DNA from: an uncultured candidate division Zixibacteria bacterium
GTDB taxonomy: Bacteria; Zixibacteria; MSB-5A5; GN15; PGXB01
Reading direction: 5' to 3'
Length of the DNA stretch: 64,000 nt
Assembly (NCBI GenBank): GCA_963702205.1
Contig: OY969724.1
Coordinates: forward strand, 2,048,001 to 2,112,000
The notes under the pieces are model-generated. The model made no database searches and had not been told where the DNA came from. It worked only from the letters and a program-made list of their open reading frames with translations. This document shows positions 30,806 to 40,405 of this stretch, piece by piece. A program made the position numbers and the translations under genes. The number at the start of each line of letters is the position of its first letter. Within the stretch, counting starts at the first letter, position 1.

Positions 30806-31315
30806 GTAGGTCGGGTTCCGAATCCCGATTTATCGGGATGAGAAACCCGACATCTTGCTGATGCAAGAACTCACTCACCCGTTGGGTGAGCTACAAGAAT
30901 TCTTGCTCGGTCCTAAAACCGGCAGACGAGGGCGTCTGCCGGTCACGGGGCCCGTACGTTGTGATCGGCGGGTCCTCAGGCCCGCCGACCACCCGGTCGA
31001 TCTAAGGATCGACCCTTCAAAGTTCAGGGCAGGCCGGGCACAACGCTGTGGAAATTCAAGTATGGATAAAAAATATCCCACCGCTAAAGCAGTGGGGCGC
31101 TCAATCTATATTAAGAAATCGAAGGGCAGAACCCTTTCGAAGACCCTGATCTTTTGAAGGGTAGTGGTTCTGCCGTCCTTTATGCTTTTGCGAATTGGCA
31201 GGACCGCGTCGCTTCGCTCACTTCGAATACTCAGTGCAGGCGGGTCCTGCCCTACTGAAGATGTCACGCCGCCCTTCACTTCGTTCAGGGTCTTCGACAA
31301 GTCGGCGTGACCTAC
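30806..31315. repeat. Dense intergenic mosaic of GTAG/GTGA-tagged palindromic REP-like units
   Basis: At least nine adjacent hairpins, several shared with 42258-43078. Confidence 0.8.
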
Positions 31316-31890
31316 TTAAGAAGTTTTCTCACCAATGGTCTTGAATATGATATTCTCTGTACTATCTCGAAACCGGCGTTTTCGAAAATTTTCAGCGGGC
31401 CGGTCCAGGTGAAAGCCGGGGGGAGGCGGTTGCCGTCTTTGGTCAAAGGCACCGGATAGCCCTCTATGATTTTCACTTTACACTTTTTCATGAATTTCAC
31501 AGCAGCGTTCAGCATCTCACGAGACAATCCCTGTCCGCGATAGGCCTTATCTATAAAAAAGCAGTTGATCGACCAGACGTCTTTGGTATCTTCACGTTTG
31601 TACGCTTTGGTTTTGTCGAGCCGAGGAAATTCCGAACGGGGACCGTAGGAGCACCAGCCGACACATTTATCTTTGTCGTACGCGAGCAGGCCGGTCATCT
31701 CGCCGGACAGAATCAGGTTCTTCGTTGCGGTTTTGGCGGGCGAGCCTTTGATCATCTCCCAGGCGCGTCCGTGCGTCGGCACCCGCCAGCTCTGGCACCA
31801 GCATCCGCCGCAGGCGCCGTTGTCGCCGAACAGCTTCTCGAAATCTCTCCAGAGTTCCGGCACGATTTCTTTGAAAGTGAATTTTGGCAT
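31312..31890 (-). CDS. GNAT family N-acetyltransferase
   Basis: GACGGCWC, VGWCSYGPR, CFFI...RGQGLS, IEGYP. Confidence 0.88.
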   Translation of the reverse strand: MPKFTFKEIVPELWRDFEKLFGDNGACGGCWCQSWRVPTHGRAWEMIKGSPAKTATKNLILSGEMTGLLAYDKDKCVGWCSYGPRSEFPRLDKTKAYKREDTKDVWSINCFFIDKAYRGQGLSREMLNAAVKFMKKCKVKIIEGYPVPLTKDGNRLPPAFTWTGPLKIFENAGFEIVQRISYSRPLVRKLLK

Positions 31891-31900
31891 AATATGATTT

Positions 31901-32380
31901 TTATCTATACCAATTGTAGCAATCAAATGCTATTTTGCCGCATTTTAGGCATTGTGCCTCAAAATCTCTCAAATCGGAGCTTCTTAATATGTCAGGTCCC
32001 GGAAAATTAACTTTCATTTCAGCCCATCTCACTTGCCCACAGTTTCCTTTACATAAGATTTTTACAACTCTATTTCGATCTGCCTTTTGTGCGTATTGAG
32101 GCAAATCTCCATCATAATATGCAGGGCTTTCCACTCTCCTTCTGAACAAGGATGAGTCGGAATATTTGTATCCAGAAGAAGTTGAATACGATTTTATAAT
32201 TTCTTCCTTCCCGTTGAAGTGTTCGCCTGGATTAAAACAATTGATATTTTTACCGAGGCTTTTCATTCTCACGACTTCATTAATGATTGTCGTGTCATCG
32301 TCCATTGGACCAAATATATTAAAGATTTTTGCATCATGGTCAGCGACGATTATAAAGAAATTTCTAAGCCTTTTCATCAC
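31901..32380 (-). CDS. Hypothetical protein with a C-terminal CxxxC...CxxC putative zinc site (AT-rich)
   Basis: CKGNC and CLKC; start overlaps the upstream stop. Confidence 0.55.
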   Translation of the reverse strand: MMKRLRNFFIIVADHDAKIFNIFGPMDDDTTIINEVVRMKSLGKNINCFNPGEHFNGKEEIIKSYSTSSGYKYSDSSLFRRRVESPAYYDGDLPQYAQKADRNRVVKILCKGNCGQVRWAEMKVNFPGPDILRSSDLRDFEAQCLKCGKIAFDCYNWYR

Positions 32381-32739
32381 TATCTCCTTTTATTCTGGGA
32401 TGCGTCATTGACCATCGATCCACAATGCTTACATTTTACAGCGATCCTGAGGATCTTTTCTCCGCAGAAGGGGCAAGAAATTTCGTCACGATCTTCTTCC
32501 TTGTCTTGATCAAGTTGCAAAGAGGCTTTTCTGTAATCATTATCCAAGACCTTTTGTGCTTTATATTCGTTAATCAAATAAGCAATTATTGAAATTACAC
32601 CTAAAACAAGTGCTATGTATAGCGCCGTATTTTCTCCAATTCCTAAGAAATGATGAAGGGCATAACCGATCAAAATGACTGAAATTATTAGACCACAGCC
32701 GCAGCCCTTAGCCTCTAGTGGCTTGTCAGGTTTAGCCAT
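32380..32739 (-). CDS. Two-TM membrane protein with a C-terminal zinc ribbon
   Basis: CPFCGEKI...KCKHCGS. Confidence 0.7.
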   Translation of the reverse strand: MAKPDKPLEAKGCGCGLIISVILIGYALHHFLGIGENTALYIALVLGVISIIAYLINEYKAQKVLDNDYRKASLQLDQDKEEDRDEISCPFCGEKILRIAVKCKHCGSMVNDASQNKRR

Positions 32740-32765
32740 ATGTTTCTATATAAATTAAAATTTCA

Positions 32766-33155
32766 CTATTTTAATTTAATGGCGATTATTTTTGTCTCCC
32801 TATTATCCTTCCATCCCGTCCAGAAGTCTGATCCCTTGTCGCTGGAACTTCCCACAATAACAATTGCATCGGCTCCCCATTGACACGCCTGAATGCGTGC
32901 TTCTGTTATTTGCTTCTCTTCAGAAGTTTGCACTAGTTCGGAATTTGATTGCTGGGATACGTTCATATAACCTAATTCGGTGTATGTGCCGTCAGCAGGT
33001 AGACTTCCCAAAACACGAACGTCTTCATAATCATATTTACACTGCTCTTTTGGGATATTTTGTGCCTCGGCGCCAGGATACGAAGAAATATTTACGGGAG
33101 CACTACAACCAAAAAGCAATAGCCCTAAGCTGGCAATAGCTAATTGCAACCTCAT
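32766..33155 (-). CDS. Hypothetical lipoprotein
   Basis: LLLFGC lipobox; A..WGADAIVI motif; GGAGG RBS. Confidence 0.7.
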   Translation of the reverse strand: MRLQLAIASLGLLLFGCSAPVNISSYPGAEAQNIPKEQCKYDYEDVRVLGSLPADGTYTELGYMNVSQQSNSELVQTSEEKQITEARIQACQWGADAIVIVGSSSDKGSDFWTGWKDNRETKIIAIKLK

Positions 33156-33340
33156 TTAACCCTCCTTTTGTGCAGGTTACTTGGATTCAGACGTCGATAA
33201 ATGTAATAAAATACGCTCGCCCAATTTGTCAATAATAATATGGGGGATTTATGCCTAGGCTTGATAAATCTGAATCACATTTGGCAATCTGAATATGGGA
33301 TTAAAAAGGGGTTGCTTAGTGATTTATTTCACATATTGGC

Positions 33341-33369
33341 TTGACTTTAAAGCCGTAGATTCGTAATAT
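33341..33369 (+). promoter_or_regulatory. Putative sigma70 promoter of the oxidoreductase operon
   Basis: TTGACT-17 nt-TAATAT. Confidence 0.5.
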
Positions 33370-33414
33370 CTTAGAAGAATGCTGTCATCGGTTATCACTA
33401 AAGGAGTTGCAGGA

Positions 33415-34137
33415 ATGGCCGACTCAGCCCAGTGGCGCTACCCGACCTTCTCCAAAAGCATAATTGTCATTGTGGGCGGTTTCGGCTCGGGCAAAACCGA
33501 GGTTTCGGTCAATCTGGCTAAGTTTATGAAAGCCAACGGACACGACCTCGTTTCGCTGGTCGACCTCGATCTGGTCAATCCCTATTTCCGCACTCGTGAA
33601 GCGCGGGTTGAGCTAAAAGCGCTCGGAATTGATTTGATCGCCCCCGAAGGCGGGAAATTCTATGCCGATTTGCCCATCCTGCTGCCGCAGGTTCGGTCCT
33701 TGGTGGAAGCCCCCGAGGGTCTTCTTATTCTCGACGTCGGCGGTGACGAGCAGGGGACGAAGGCGCTCGGATCCATTTCCGATATATTCAACGACGGCGA
33801 GTACGACATGCTGATGGTCCTCAACAGCCGTCGGCCGCAGACCTCGAACGTGGAAACCTCTCTGGGTACGATGGAGCGGGTCGAGAGCACGTCGAAGCTG
33901 CACTTCACGGGGCTGATTTCCAATACCCACATGATCGATGAAACCGACGGCGAAATAGTGATGGAGGGGTATAATCTTTCGGTGGAGATATCGGAGCGTA
34001 CTAAACTACCGTTGGCGTTCGTGTCGGCCAAGCGGAATGTCCTGAACGATCTGAAACCTGACGACATTGATTGTCCCGTTTTACCGTTGACGCGCTCGCT
34101 GTTGAAGCCCTGGGAGCGAAAAGAAAACGCGGTCTGA
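33415..34137 (+). CDS. P-loop ATPase (CbiA/MinD-like) of the type that precedes vor/kor operons
   Basis: GGFGSGKTE, DLDLVNPYFRTRE, DVGGD, LISNTH. Confidence 0.8.
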   Translation: MADSAQWRYPTFSKSIIVIVGGFGSGKTEVSVNLAKFMKANGHDLVSLVDLDLVNPYFRTREARVELKALGIDLIAPEGGKFYADLPILLPQVRSLVEAPEGLLILDVGGDEQGTKALGSISDIFNDGEYDMLMVLNSRRPQTSNVETSLGTMERVESTSKLHFTGLISNTHMIDETDGEIVMEGYNLSVEISERTKLPLAFVSAKRNVLNDLKPDDIDCPVLPLTRSLLKPWERKENAV

Positions 34138-34170
34138 TTGGACCGCTTGAGATAGAGAAAGGGTGAGTTT

Positions 34171-34404
34171 ATGCCCGGAGTCAGAATAGATAAGAATTAC
34201 TGCAAGGGGTGCGAGCTGTGCGTGTATGCCTGCCCCATGCAGATTCTTAAGATGTCCAAAGATATCAACCTCAAAGGGTATTTTTACGCCAAACTGGTCG
34301 AGCCGACCAAGTGCATCGGCTGCAGGATTTGTGCCATTACCTGTCCGGACGTGGCGATCGAGGTTGTCAACCACGGCACGCAGTTCACTTTATTCCAATA
34401 CTGA
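34171..34404 (+). CDS. 2[4Fe-4S] ferredoxin, 2-oxoacid oxidoreductase delta subunit
   Basis: CKGCELCVYACP and CIGCRICAITCPD. Confidence 0.92.
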   Translation: MPGVRIDKNYCKGCELCVYACPMQILKMSKDINLKGYFYAKLVEPTKCIGCRICAITCPDVAIEVVNHGTQFTLFQY

Positions 34405-34418
34405 CGGGGAGTTGAAGC

Positions 34419-35504
34419 ATGGCAAAGAAACTTATGAAAGGCAATGAGGCGATCGGCGAGGCCGCGATTGCGGCTGGCGCCCCGCACTATTTCGCCTACC
34501 CGATCACTCCCCAGAGCGAAGTGGCTGAATACCTCTGCTGGCGTCTTCCCGAAGTCGGCGGCGTGTTCGTGCAGGCGGAATCGGAAGTGGCGGTCGGCAA
34601 TATGTTGTTCGGTGCGGCGGCGACGGGTATGCGCGTGTTCACGACGTCGTCGAGCCCCGGAATCAGCCTGATGCAGGAAGCGATATCGTACATCGCCGGA
34701 GCGCAGCTCCCGGTGGTGCTGGTCAATATCATGCGCGGCGGTCCCGGACTGGGCGGGATTCTTCCGGCACAGTCGGATTATAATCAGGCCGTCAAAGGCG
34801 GCGGACACGGCGACTATAAAACGATCGTGCTGGCCCCGGCCTCGGTGCAGGAAGCGGTCGACCTGATGATCCTCGCGTTCGACCTGGCCGATAAGTACCG
34901 CAACCCGGTTATGCTGATCGGCGACGGGATGATCGGGCAGATGATGGAATCGGTCGAGTTTCCTGAAAAATATCGCGACCCGGTGACACCCGAGGGCAAA
35001 GACTGGGCGCTGACCGGAGCCAAAGGTCGCAAGGCCCGCATCGCCAAATCGCTCTTTCTCGATCCTGAGAAACTGGAGCTTAACTCGATCGAACTGGACC
35101 GTAAGTACAAACAGTGCGAAGCCGAAGAAATCCGGTTCGAAAATTATAAAATATCCGATAAAAATCAGGTTCTTATTACGGCCTACGGCTCGATGGCCCG
35201 CATCTGCCAGACTGTTATCGACGAGCTCGAAGAAGAGGGCATTTCGGTCGGGCTGTTCCGCCCGATTACACTATACCCCTTTCCCGAAAAGGCCATTTAT
35301 GACGAGGCCGTTAAGAAAAACATCAAATCATTGCTGGTCGTGGAAATGTCGATGGGGCAGATGATCGAAGACGTCGAGCGGTGCCTCAAGGGCCAGAAGC
35401 AAATAGATTTTTACGGCCGTACGGGCGGGATTGTCCCCAGTCCCAACGAGGTCAAAGATAAAATACGCGAGATACTTGGCATGAAAAAAGCAGATTCGAA
35501 ATAG
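34419..35504 (+). CDS. vorB: 2-oxoacid:ferredoxin oxidoreductase alpha subunit (3-methyl-2-oxobutanoate dehydrogenase VorB-type)
   Basis: KGNEA, YPITPQSE, QAESE, SSSPG, RGGPGLG, GGGHGD. Confidence 0.92.
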   Translation: MAKKLMKGNEAIGEAAIAAGAPHYFAYPITPQSEVAEYLCWRLPEVGGVFVQAESEVAVGNMLFGAAATGMRVFTTSSSPGISLMQEAISYIAGAQLPVVLVNIMRGGPGLGGILPAQSDYNQAVKGGGHGDYKTIVLAPASVQEAVDLMILAFDLADKYRNPVMLIGDGMIGQMMESVEFPEKYRDPVTPEGKDWALTGAKGRKARIAKSLFLDPEKLELNSIELDRKYKQCEAEEIRFENYKISDKNQVLITAYGSMARICQTVIDELEEEGISVGLFRPITLYPFPEKAIYDEAVKKNIKSLLVVEMSMGQMIEDVERCLKGQKQIDFYGRTGGIVPSPNEVKDKIREILGMKKADSK

Positions 35505-35515
35505 ATGAGGCTGTC

Positions 35516-36277
35516 ATGATGGAACAGGCAAATGTAATATTCCGGCGGCCCCAATCGCTCAGCGAAAATATAACGCATTATTGTCCGGGGTGTACCCACG
35601 GCATCATCCATCGGCTGGTAGCCGAAGCGCTCGATGAACTGGGGGTCCGGGAAAAAGCGGTCGGGGTGGCCCCGGTGGGCTGCTCGGTTTTGATATATAA
35701 TTATTTCAACGTCGATTTTCTGGAAGCACCGCACGGCCGCGCTCCGGCGCTGGCGACCGGTTTCAAGCGGATGCGCCCCGATATGATAGTGTTCACCTAC
35801 CAGGGCGACGGCGACCTGGCGTCGATTGGTATGGGCGAGATAGTCCACGCCGCCAACCGGGGCGAGAAGTTCACGACGATATTCGTCAACAACGCCATTT
35901 ACGGCATGACCGGCGGTCAGATGGCTCCGACGACGATGCCGGGCCAGAAGACGACGACGTCGCCCAATGGCCGCGATACCAATGTAGCGGGATTCCCGAT
36001 CAGGATGTCGGAACTTCTGTCGGCGCTGGTGACACCGGCGTACATAGTCCGGACCGCCGTACACACGCCGATGCACGTAATAAATGCAAAGAAGCACATC
36101 AAGAAAGCCTTCCGGCTTCAGAAAGAAAATAAATGTTTTTCTTTGATCGAGGTGCTTTCGACTTGTCCGACCAACTGGGGGATGCCTCCCTGTGATGCGA
36201 CCGGTTGGGTGTCGAGCAATATGCAGCCGTACTACCCGCTGGGGGTCTTCAAAGACCCGGAAAAGGGGGAGGGCTGA
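35516..36277 (+). CDS. 2-oxoacid:ferredoxin oxidoreductase beta (TPP-binding) subunit
   Basis: HYCPGCTH, QGDGD, NNAIYGMTGGQ, CPTNW. Confidence 0.93.
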   Translation: MMEQANVIFRRPQSLSENITHYCPGCTHGIIHRLVAEALDELGVREKAVGVAPVGCSVLIYNYFNVDFLEAPHGRAPALATGFKRMRPDMIVFTYQGDGDLASIGMGEIVHAANRGEKFTTIFVNNAIYGMTGGQMAPTTMPGQKTTTSPNGRDTNVAGFPIRMSELLSALVTPAYIVRTAVHTPMHVINAKKHIKKAFRLQKENKCFSLIEVLSTCPTNWGMPPCDATGWVSSNMQPYYPLGVFKDPEKGEG

Positions 36278-36280
36278 TTT

Positions 36281-36847
36281 ATGGCACAACAAATTGAAGT
36301 CGTCATGGCCGGATTCGGCGGCCAGGGCGTTATGACAGTCGGTCAACTTCTGGCGTACACGGCCATGGACGAAGGCAAGCAGGTGGTCTGGATACCGTCG
36401 TACGGTCCCGAAATGCGCGGTGGCACGGCTAACTGTACGGTGGTAGTATCCGAGAACAGGATCGGCTCGCCGATCATAAATAATCCCCAGTCGGCCTGTG
36501 TGTTCAACCGTCCCTCGCTGGACAAATTCGGGCCATTGATTCGTAAAGGCGGTTTGCTTTTGATAAACAGTTCGTTGATCGACCTAACCTCGGGACGCGA
36601 TGATATCGAAGAGCTTTTGGTGCCGGTCAACGACATCGCGATCAAGCTGGGCAATCCCAGGGTCGCCAATATGGTCATGCTGGGGGCGTACAATGGCGTG
36701 ACCGAAGTTGTAACGTTTGATACGCTATTGAAAATGTTCGATAAGAAAATGGGTCACAAGAAAGACCTCGTGGAAATAAATCATCAGGCCATTGCCGAAG
36801 GGCGCAAGATCGGTGAGGAATTCCGCGCCAAGGTGGGGGCGAAATGA
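36281..36847 (+). CDS. 2-oxoacid:ferredoxin oxidoreductase gamma subunit
   Basis: AGFGGQG, SYGPEMRGG, NMVMLGA. Confidence 0.93.
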   Translation: MAQQIEVVMAGFGGQGVMTVGQLLAYTAMDEGKQVVWIPSYGPEMRGGTANCTVVVSENRIGSPIINNPQSACVFNRPSLDKFGPLIRKGGLLLINSSLIDLTSGRDDIEELLVPVNDIAIKLGNPRVANMVMLGAYNGVTEVVTFDTLLKMFDKKMGHKKDLVEINHQAIAEGRKIGEEFRAKVGAK

Positions 36848-37299
36848 ATGTCGATATGAACAAAGTATCGGAGATTCTCGACCGCAACCCGAAAGAACCC
36901 GGCGCGATTATTGCGGTTCTTCAGGATTTTCAGCGAGAATTCAGATACCTGCCGGTCCCAGCGATGGTTAAGGCTTCGGAAGAGCTGCATGTGCCGCTAA
37001 GCAAAGTTTACAGTATCGCGACGTTTTACAACTCCTTCAGCCTGACCCCGCGCGGTGAGAAAATTATCAGGATTTGCAAAGGCACGGCCTGCCATATAAA
37101 GGGTGCGGACAAGATTCTGGAACAAATCGAAGTCGGTCTGAAACTCAAGCCGGGGGAGACGTCGGCGGATCTGAAGTACACAGTTGAGGTGGTCAACTGT
37201 GTCGGTGCGTGCGCCATGGCTCCGGTGATGATCGTCAATGATAAATATCACGGCAAGGTCCGCTGCGATCAGGCTATGAGCAAGGTGAAGCGGAGTTGA
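36844..37299 (+). CDS. NuoE/HydC/HytC-like [2Fe-2S] subunit
   Basis: ATFY, CKGTAC, CVGAC. Confidence 0.92.
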   Translation: MNVDMNKVSEILDRNPKEPGAIIAVLQDFQREFRYLPVPAMVKASEELHVPLSKVYSIATFYNSFSLTPRGEKIIRICKGTACHIKGADKILEQIEVGLKLKPGETSADLKYTVEVVNCVGACAMAPVMIVNDKYHGKVRCDQAMSKVKRS

Positions 37300-37300
37300 T

Positions 37301-39154
37301 ATGCGAATAGATACGCCAAAAAGGCTCGAGCAGTGGCGCACTGACTGCCGCAAACAGGTGGAAGCTCAGAAGAAGAAAATTCTGGTCTGTCTGGGACCGG
37401 GGTGCCTGGCGAACGGTTCGGACAAGATTATTGAAGAGTTCCAGAAAGTTTTAAGCGATAAGAAAATCAAAGACGTGGACCTTAAGGCGGTCAAGAAGAC
37501 CGGGTGTCACGGTTTTTGTGCGCAGGGTCCTTTGGTCGTGATCGAGCCCGAGGGAATATTCTACGCCAAAGTCAAGAAGAACAACGTCGCTGAGATAATA
37601 GAGAAAACCCTCGAAAAGGGCGAAATAATCGATAAGCTGTTATACTCCGATCCGACTGACGGTCATAAGTACACCGATTATAAAGAAATTCCGTTTTATA
37701 AACATCAGGTACGAATATCGCTCCGCAATTGCGGGCAGATCGACCCGGACAACATTGAAGATTATATCGCGCGCGGCGGATATGCCGGTCTGGCGAAAGT
37801 GCTGACCGGGATGAAACCGGCCGAAGTGATCGAGACCGTCAAAAAGTCCGGCCTGCGCGGTCGCGGGGGCGGTGGTTTTCCGACCGGCCGCAAATGGGAG
37901 TCGTGCGCCAGGATCGAAGCGCCAGTGCGGTATGTTATCTGCAACGGTGACGAAGGCGACCCCGGGGCGTTCATGGACCGGTGCATTATGGAAGGCGATC
38001 CGCATTCGGTCTTGGAAGGCATGATAATCTGCGCTTACGCTATCGGTTCGCACGAAGGTTATATATACGTCCGCGAAGAGTACCCTCTGGCGGTGATAAA
38101 TCTACAAAAGGCGATTGAAAAAGCCCGCGAAAGGGGACTATTGGGCGAGAATATTCTCGGCAGCGGCCATAGTTTCGATATAAAGATAAGCCGTGGCGGC
38201 GGGGCCTTTGTCTGCGGAGAATCGTCGGCGCTGATGAGATCGGTCGCCGGTGAAGTCGGCGAGCCGCGCGCCAAGTACATCCGTTCGGTGCAGAAAGGAC
38301 TGCACGATCAACCGACGGTTCTGAACAATGTCGAGTCGTTTGCGACGGTCCCGGTGATTATCGACAAAGGAGCCGATTGGTTTTCATCGATTGGAACACC
38401 CAAGAGCACCGGTACCAAAGCTTTTTCGCTGGCCGGGAAGGTTTGTAACACCGGGCTGGTGGAAATACCCATGGGTATGACGCTGCGTGAGATAATTAAC
38501 GACATCGGTGGCGGCATCCCGGATGGCCGCGAATTCAAGGCGGTGCAGACGGGCGGGCCCTCGGGCGGGTGCCTTCCGGCCGACAAGCTTGATTTACCGG
38601 TTGATTTCGATACGCTGACCGAAGCCGGGTCGATGATGGGTTCGGGGGGCATGATAATCATGGATGACCACACCTGCCCGGTCGAAGTGGCGCGCTATTT
38701 TCTGGAATTTCTGGTGCATGAATCGTGCGGCAAATGTGTCCCGTGCCGGGAAGGTCTGCTGCAGCTTTATCGTTTCTGTACAAAAATCACGCGCGGCGAA
38801 GGCGTAGAGAGCGATCTGGACTTAATGGAAAAGCTCTCGAAAACGATCGTGACGGCTTCGTTGTGTGGACTGGGACAGTCCGGGCCGAATCCGTTTTTGT
38901 CGACGGTGCAGTATTTTCGAGATGAGTACCTGGCGCATATTCAAGATAAAAAGTGCCCGGGCGGCGTATGTCGGGAGCTGATACAATACTTCATCAACGA
39001 TAAGTGCACCGGTTGCATGGCCTGCCTTACGGTTTGCCCGACCGAGGCGATCAGCGGAGAGAAAAAGAAATTGCATGTAATAGATCAGGATAAATGCGAC
39101 GCCTGCGGCTCGTGTTATGACGTCTGCAATTTTGACGCCATTGATATAAAATAA
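37301..39154 (+). CDS. NuoF/HydB/HytB-like FMN and NAD(P)H-binding subunit
   Basis: N-terminal thioredoxin-like [2Fe-2S], GRGGGGFPTG, NGDEGDPGAFMD, GGPSGG, ESCGKCVPC, C-terminal 2[4Fe-4S]. Confidence 0.93.
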   Translation: MRIDTPKRLEQWRTDCRKQVEAQKKKILVCLGPGCLANGSDKIIEEFQKVLSDKKIKDVDLKAVKKTGCHGFCAQGPLVVIEPEGIFYAKVKKNNVAEIIEKTLEKGEIIDKLLYSDPTDGHKYTDYKEIPFYKHQVRISLRNCGQIDPDNIEDYIARGGYAGLAKVLTGMKPAEVIETVKKSGLRGRGGGGFPTGRKWESCARIEAPVRYVICNGDEGDPGAFMDRCIMEGDPHSVLEGMIICAYAIGSHEGYIYVREEYPLAVINLQKAIEKARERGLLGENILGSGHSFDIKISRGGGAFVCGESSALMRSVAGEVGEPRAKYIRSVQKGLHDQPTVLNNVESFATVPVIIDKGADWFSSIGTPKSTGTKAFSLAGKVCNTGLVEIPMGMTLREIINDIGGGIPDGREFKAVQTGGPSGGCLPADKLDLPVDFDTLTEAGSMMGSGGMIIMDDHTCPVEVARYFLEFLVHESCGKCVPCREGLLQLYRFCTKITRGEGVESDLDLMEKLSKTIVTASLCGLGQSGPNPFLSTVQYFRDEYLAHIQDKKCPGGVCRELIQYFINDKCTGCMACLTVCPTEAISGEKKKLHVIDQDKCDACGSCYDVCNFDAIDIK

Positions 39155-39164
39155 CAGGTGAGAT

Positions 39165-39941
39165 ATGGCACAAATTACGATAAATGGGAAAGTAGTCAAA
39201 GCCCGCGAAGACGAGATGCTTCTGGACGTAATAAAAAAGCAGGGGATAGATATCTCGGCCTTGTGCGCCCATGATGCGATCGAACCGACCGGCAACTGCC
39301 GTTTGTGCATGGTGGAAATCACCCGCACGGAATGGGACGGCTGGAAAAAGCACGTGACGTCGTGCCTTTATCCGGTCGAGGACGGGCTGATTGTCAATAC
39401 CCATACCGCGGAACTTCAGGAAATCCGCAAGACGATTCTGGACCTTCAACTGGCGCGCTGCCCCAATTCCGAGGTCATCCAGAGAATGGCCGCGGAATAC
39501 GGCGTGCACGAAACCAGCTACGTGGCCAACGTCGAATCCGACAACTGCATCATGTGCTACGCCTGCACGCGCATCTGCGAAGTGCTGGGCAAGAGCGCGA
39601 TTTCGGCGGTGATGCGCGGCAACAAGAAAGTCATTGCACCGCCGTTCGGCGAGGAACCGGCCGACTGCATCGGCTGCCTGGCCTGCGCACAGATATGCCC
39701 GACCGATGTCATCCCATACGAGGATAAAGACGGTATCCGCACTATCTGGAAAAAGAAATTCGAACTGATCGCCTGCAAGAACTGCGGCAAGACAATTTTG
39801 ACCCGGGATTTCGCCGATTATCTGATCGAGCAGCGAAATATACCCAAAGAGTATTTTGAAACCTGCGACGACTGCAAACGGATGGAGCTGGCGAAAAAGA
39901 TGGGCAGCTTGATCACGAAAGCGGAGGAGGTGGCCGTATGA
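39165..39941 (+). CDS. NuoG-N/HoxU/HytD-like Fe-S subunit (no H-cluster or molybdopterin domain)
   Basis: LC..GNCRLC..SC [2Fe-2S], CIMCYAC, CIGCLAC, C-terminal CKNC/CDDC. Confidence 0.85.
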   Translation: MAQITINGKVVKAREDEMLLDVIKKQGIDISALCAHDAIEPTGNCRLCMVEITRTEWDGWKKHVTSCLYPVEDGLIVNTHTAELQEIRKTILDLQLARCPNSEVIQRMAAEYGVHETSYVANVESDNCIMCYACTRICEVLGKSAISAVMRGNKKVIAPPFGEEPADCIGCLACAQICPTDVIPYEDKDGIRTIWKKKFELIACKNCGKTILTRDFADYLIEQRNIPKEYFETCDDCKRMELAKKMGSLITKAEEVAV

Positions 39942-40345
39942 ACTACCGCTTTGAAATAATCCCGTCGCTGTGTATCGGCTGCCGTACCTGCGAGCTGGCC
40001 TGCGCTTTCTCTCATACGAAAGACAAGAAGCCGGGCCGGAGCCGGATATATCCACTGGCTTACGCGCCGGATAAATATGTCCCGGTGGCCTGTCTTCAGT
40101 GCGATGACGCCGCCTGTGTCAAGTCATGCATATTCGACGCCCTCAAACGCAACGAAGAAACCGGGGCGGTCGATCTCGACGAAGAACGGTGTGTTAAGTG
40201 TATGGCCTGCGTGGCGGCCTGTCCGTTCGGGTGCGCGCTGGTCGATACGGTTCACGACGAAATAGTCAAGTGCGATATATGCAAGGGCAGCCCGGCCTGT
40301 GTCCAGTTCTGCCCGACCAAAGCACTGGTATACAATAAAGTCTGA
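39938..40345 (+). CDS. Multi-[4Fe-4S] electron transfer protein (HydN/CooF/HytE-like)
   Basis: CIGCRTCELAC, CLQC..ACV.SC, CVKCMACVAACP, KCDIC..PACVQFCP. Confidence 0.9.
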   Translation: MNYRFEIIPSLCIGCRTCELACAFSHTKDKKPGRSRIYPLAYAPDKYVPVACLQCDDAACVKSCIFDALKRNEETGAVDLDEERCVKCMACVAACPFGCALVDTVHDEIVKCDICKGSPACVQFCPTKALVYNKV

Positions 40346-40405
40346 TAGAATCGATTATTGATAGAAAGGCCCCGTCCGAACGGCGTTATTGAAAAACCAT
40401 CGTTT

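Noticed and set aside
31989..31999. ATGTCAGGTCC REP half-site inside a gene
   Set aside because: No complementary arm; likely chance
31901..33300. Integron cassette array
   Set aside because: No attC-like sites between genes (gaps of 26 nt or less) and no integrase
36844..39941. Respiratory complex I nuoEFG or an [FeFe]-hydrogenase
   Set aside because: No other nuo genes nearby; the third subunit is 258 aa with no H-cluster or molybdopterin domain
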